Assembly: GCF_964194025.1 (NCBI RefSeq)
Contig: NW_027452888.1
Span: 1-64,000, forward strand
DNA from: Convolutriloba macropyga
Lineage: Eukaryota
Reading direction: 5' to 3'
DNA length: 64,000 nt
Position 1 is the first letter of the stretch; every line of letters starts with the position of its first letter. This document shows, one piece after another, positions 60,061 through 64,000 of this stretch. Under the pieces are notes generated by a model. That model was not told the DNA's origin and made no database searches. It saw nothing but the letters and a program-made list of their open reading frames with translations. A program made the position numbers and the translations under genes.

Positions 60061-62581
60061 ACACAAGTTTTTACACTACAAGGTTATCAAATTGTTTTCA
60101 TCCTTAGGTGTTGTTTACTTAATAACAGTGGCGATAAACTCGTAGATTAATGCTGAAGTGTTTTTCTAGTGTCGATCGTAAATAAATTTAACTGCTATTA
60201 TCGTAACAGGTGTTGATTAAATGACTGGTGTTAATTGTTGTTGTAATCTGAATATTCAATCTGATTATTCAACCTTCCGGTAGTCATAATTCATTCTTCC
60301 GTTAGCCATAATTCAATCTTCCGGTAGTCATTCAGTCTTCTACTTCTCCCAACTCCCCCTGCCCCCCCCCAACCCACTTCCCGAGAGTATTTCAGAAGGA
60401 CTCTTCTCCCATCTCAAACATGCCCACCACACCCCCCCCGCATCTCATCCCCCCCCGCATCTGAAAATACTCTTTTGATAACGTGACTCCCCCCTGCAAC
60501 CAATTCCGTCTTACCACTGCGAAATTAGGCACTAGAGAGATGTTGGTGATAAGTTACTGGCACTCTGTATTATCCCGAGTGCACGTAGGTTGTTGTGTCA
60601 TTAGTCACTCTTCAGTTGCAGCCAGGAAAAGCTGGTGCAGAGCCTTCACGGGAGTCTGAATACTTGAAGAGGATGACTCGGACCACACCATCTTCAAGAG
60701 CAGAGCTCCTCACTTTTTACAGAAATGTCCGCTTTTTACCATTATAGCCCCCTTACAATAACAGCTTCGTACTCATATAGCGTAGCCCCCCCACCCAGTA
60801 ATCATGATAAATATTGCATGGGGTGTAAATGTTGCGGGGGGGGGGGGGTGTACGTTCGTGGAGGGGCTAAAATGGGGAAGACCAGAAATGACCAGCAATG
60901 GCAAAGAATATTTAATGGGGAGGGGGGTTGCTGTGTGCTTTGTTGCAGTCAGTTCCAATTCGTTTTTACTTTTCAGATTAATCTGTTTCTTGAGAACTTG
61001 ACTCTGTGAAATATGTCACAAAACAGAAAAGTCAACATCGTTCCTTCGGGTACGAAATCAAATATTGATTTCAACGAGATGGAGGGAAGTAGCCACTCAT
61101 TATCCAGTGGTTCACGAAGAGTTGTAATAAATCCACCAGCTGATCCTGAGTATCATGAAGATGAGTCAACGCAGATGCTGAATGTTAGTTGTTTTTATTG
61201 ATAGAAATTGTTATNNNNNNNNNNNNNNNNNNNNNNNNNNNNNNNNNNNNNNNNNNNNNNNNNNNNNNNNNNNNNNNNNNNNNNNNNNNNNNNNNNNNNN
61301 NNNNNNNNNNNNNNNNNNNNNNNNNNNNNNNNNNNNNNNNNNNNNNNNNNNNNNNNNNNNNNNNNNNNNNNNNNNNNNNNNNNNNNNNNNNNNNNNNNNN
61401 NNNNNNNNNNNNNNNNNNNNNNNNNNNNNNNGATCTGTACTAATCTCACATTTGACTGACTTGCAATTCGGTAAGGGTCCGCAAAAAATAATGTGAGGCG
61501 CCTTGCGTACGTTTTAGTCATGTGATAGGATTGAACAGATTTTTTTCAGCCTTGGGTATAATTTCAGAAGCGTATCATCAAGTTAATGTATTAGTTCTTT
61601 TAATGTGAGATAGTTTTCACCATTTTAATCAACACAAACAATAAAAAGCTAAATTCATTCCTCTCTTGCTTTAAAGTTTCTTAATACAGTCTGTTCTTAC
61701 AACGTAATAAATTTTATCTGTTAGTCTTCTTAGCAACGGACCATTTTTCTTACTTTTTGCATTTCTTTTTCTTTTGATAAAATAATACAAGTTCAAAATG
61801 CGTATCATTTTCTAGAGCGTGCTTTATGCTACAAAACGCACCAACACTTTCAATTTTTATTACTTCTTTTACGTTGTATTTTCAATATTTTAAACCAATT
61901 TTACCGATTTTAGTTGTTGTACAAGATAAATACATTGCCAGCCATTTTGCATATTGATTGTCGGTGTTTTTGTCTTAGTAACAGTGGCGATAAAAGAGTG
62001 TGATAAACTCGTAATCTAATGCTGAAGTGTTTCTCCAGTTTCGATCGGGCATTAAAAATTATTGCACTGGCAGTTTATTTAACTGCTATTATCGCAACAG
62101 GTGTTGATTAATTATACCTATTTAATAGCCGCGTCAACAATTCCAGGCGGCTATTATTGCGCTCCTATTTTTTTTACTTCGTCTAACGGTTTCTGTTTCG
62201 TCTTACCCTGCCTCCCGCGTTTTTAGGTCAATTGCGTGACTTGCCACACTCAAAAAAATGACTTCGGAACTTTAATAGTGTGCATATAAGTAGTGCCAAA
62301 TGTATATGCCCTAATTCTTGATAGAGTCTTATTTCTTTGATTGTTTCAATTCATTCACAAGCGTCTATCGCGGCTATTTTCAGGCAACCTGTGGATTGTG
62401 TTTTTTATTGCAATATTGCGGTGTTCTTGGGTTTTGCGACTCGAAGGAAAGTGTTTTCTATGCTTCGCTTTTTTTAGCAACTGTTTGTCACTTTTTTAGC
62501 AACTGTTTGTCTACATCCTGCTTTTTGATGCTTTTAGCAAATTTCTTCTTTTTTCAATTTAAGGCTGTGAAATCTAAAGTC

Positions 62582-64000
62582 ATGCTTCGTGAAAACCGTG
62601 GAATGGGTGCCAACAGTAGGAAACTTGTATCGGATGCCAAAGAACATACAAAAGAACATCTGAAAAATAAGTTTTGGTTGCTACACTTTCAAGAAGACAA
62701 CTCTTGCGGAGTAGTGGCGTCATTGAGCTCCAGCATATGTCTTGAACTCTTAGAACGCCTTCATGTTAAAGTTAGTGTATTTATATTCCAAAATTGCTCA
62801 TCAATGATTGTTTTTGCTTTGATATAATAAAGTCTTTTGTTAGATCATGGACCCGATTGACGTAAAGTGGATTAAAAAAATCCACGAACCAAATCCTATA
62901 TTTGGACTGCCCGCGTCCTTCAGGAGGGACATGAAGACTTCTGTGAAATGTGGTCCTCTAAGGCTTGTGCACAACTAGTAGACAGCGAGGGGAACACGAG
63001 TTTTATTCCAGTTGTACCTAACTGTGACCCCGATTTGACCGTCCACGAGGACGTGGATCATTTGCTTCTGAACGCAGATTCTGGATCACAAAATGCTCGA
63101 AAGAAATTGGAGCTGCCGTGCTCTACAACCGTAGGACGTGAAATTGCAGCCAATTCAATTAATATGGATGGCGATGAAAACAATCCTGTTTGCGCACCTT
63201 TCGTTTTACTTGATCCACAAGATGTTTCAAAAACATTCAGCGATATGCAAAACATAAGTGATGGGCCAAACTGCAGTGCTATCGCTACCAACAACAATGA
63301 GAATCAGGTTTTGAATTTTAAATTATAAGCCTTTTCAACTAAAATTTTTCATCAGAAAAAACCTTATTGAAAAAGTTTCTTGTATTGTAGAAAATAATTG
63401 CGCAAGAAGTAGAACCTCCTTGAGTTTTATATTATAAGCATTTTTCAACTAAAATTGTCCCTCTGAAGAACCTTCTGAAAAAGTTTCTTGTATTGTAGAA
63501 AATAATCGCGCAAGAATCAGAACCTCCTGCAGCAAGACAGGAACATTGGGACAGGCCGTTTTCGTCAACTCCAGGAAATGTGAAAAAGCTCAAAAGAAGC
63601 AAAGCGCTGAATCCTGATGATGTAGCACATCTTAAAGTCAAAAAAGTTGATCGTGAAGCAGCCGAGTCAATGAAAGCAGCGGCGGATAAAATTATGGAGG
63701 CAGCAATGCTTATAATAAACTGCATGAATGATCTGAGACCCGAACTTAAAGCCCTCTCAAACAGGAATTACAGAGAAATACAAATTTCAACAAACGCAGT
63801 GAAGCAACTGGTGATTGAGGTTTTCTCGTTTTTTGTTTCAATTTGTAATTGCTTTACGGGTTAGCAATGTTTTTTGCACAGTGTATTTTTGTCGGGCTCC
63901 TTCACTCTTTTTTAATTGATGTTTTTAGACCGCTGAAATATCGAAACTGGGAGTACTCTTGCCTGCAGCCAAAAGTTTCCCGATGGGAGAAACGCCCTTG
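62582..64000 (+). CDS. Multi-exon gene fragment of unknown function (exons ~62582-62770, 62844-63307, 63499-63819, 63929->64000), one frameshift; possibly a DNA-transposon accessory gene
   Basis: GT-AG introns with phase-0 joins. One extra A in the A7 run at 62874-62880 gives a continuous FWLLHFQEDNSCGVV...VKW...IWTARVL protein. Runs off the window. Confidence 0.45.

Noticed and set aside
60977-61183. Exon-like segment MSQNRKV...TQMLN between ttttcag and gttagt
   Set aside because: Plausible splice signals, but it is followed by a gap, has no recognisable homology and cannot be linked to a gene.
59132-61521. ORFs containing X runs and Cys/Val repeats
   Set aside because: Produced by N gaps and CA microsatellite.

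Overview
AT-rich, intron- and repeat-rich eukaryotic DNA (probably an invertebrate animal draft assembly, with three N gaps near the end). The main feature is a cleanly bounded 13.28-kb Maverick/Polinton (adintovirus-like) endogenous DNA virus at 10150-23429, with ~240-bp near-identical terminal inverted repeats starting AGTAGTAGT and a 6-bp target duplication (AACGAA). It carries intact integrase, major capsid and minor capsid ORFs. The ATPase has an altered Walker A, the protease is frameshifted, and the protein-primed DNA polymerase B is 5'-truncated and split by a 180-bp spliceosomal intron. Its accessory genes are the most unusual part: a plus-strand pair encoding a PC4-like ssDNA-binding protein and a frameshifted protein with an HUH (rolling-circle Rep-like) motif, a candidate cell-cycle effector (LxCxD, KRKL, NLS), a DEDD-like nuclease, and a disrupted PLA2-like HxxxHD gene that the ORF track misses. 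Each TIR also contains a ~50-nt hairpin. Host genes: the last four exons of an NCKX/SLC24 exchanger (+), a two-exon GT32 alpha-1,4-glycosyltransferase (-), a small C2H2 zinc-finger ORF, an intronless decayed ADP/ATP carrier of the fungal/plant-like sequence type, and a multi-exon gene fragment at the right edge. The rest is Helentron/HINE-like elements, MITEs, tandem duplications and simple repeats. All family assignments come from reading motifs by eye; no database search was run.
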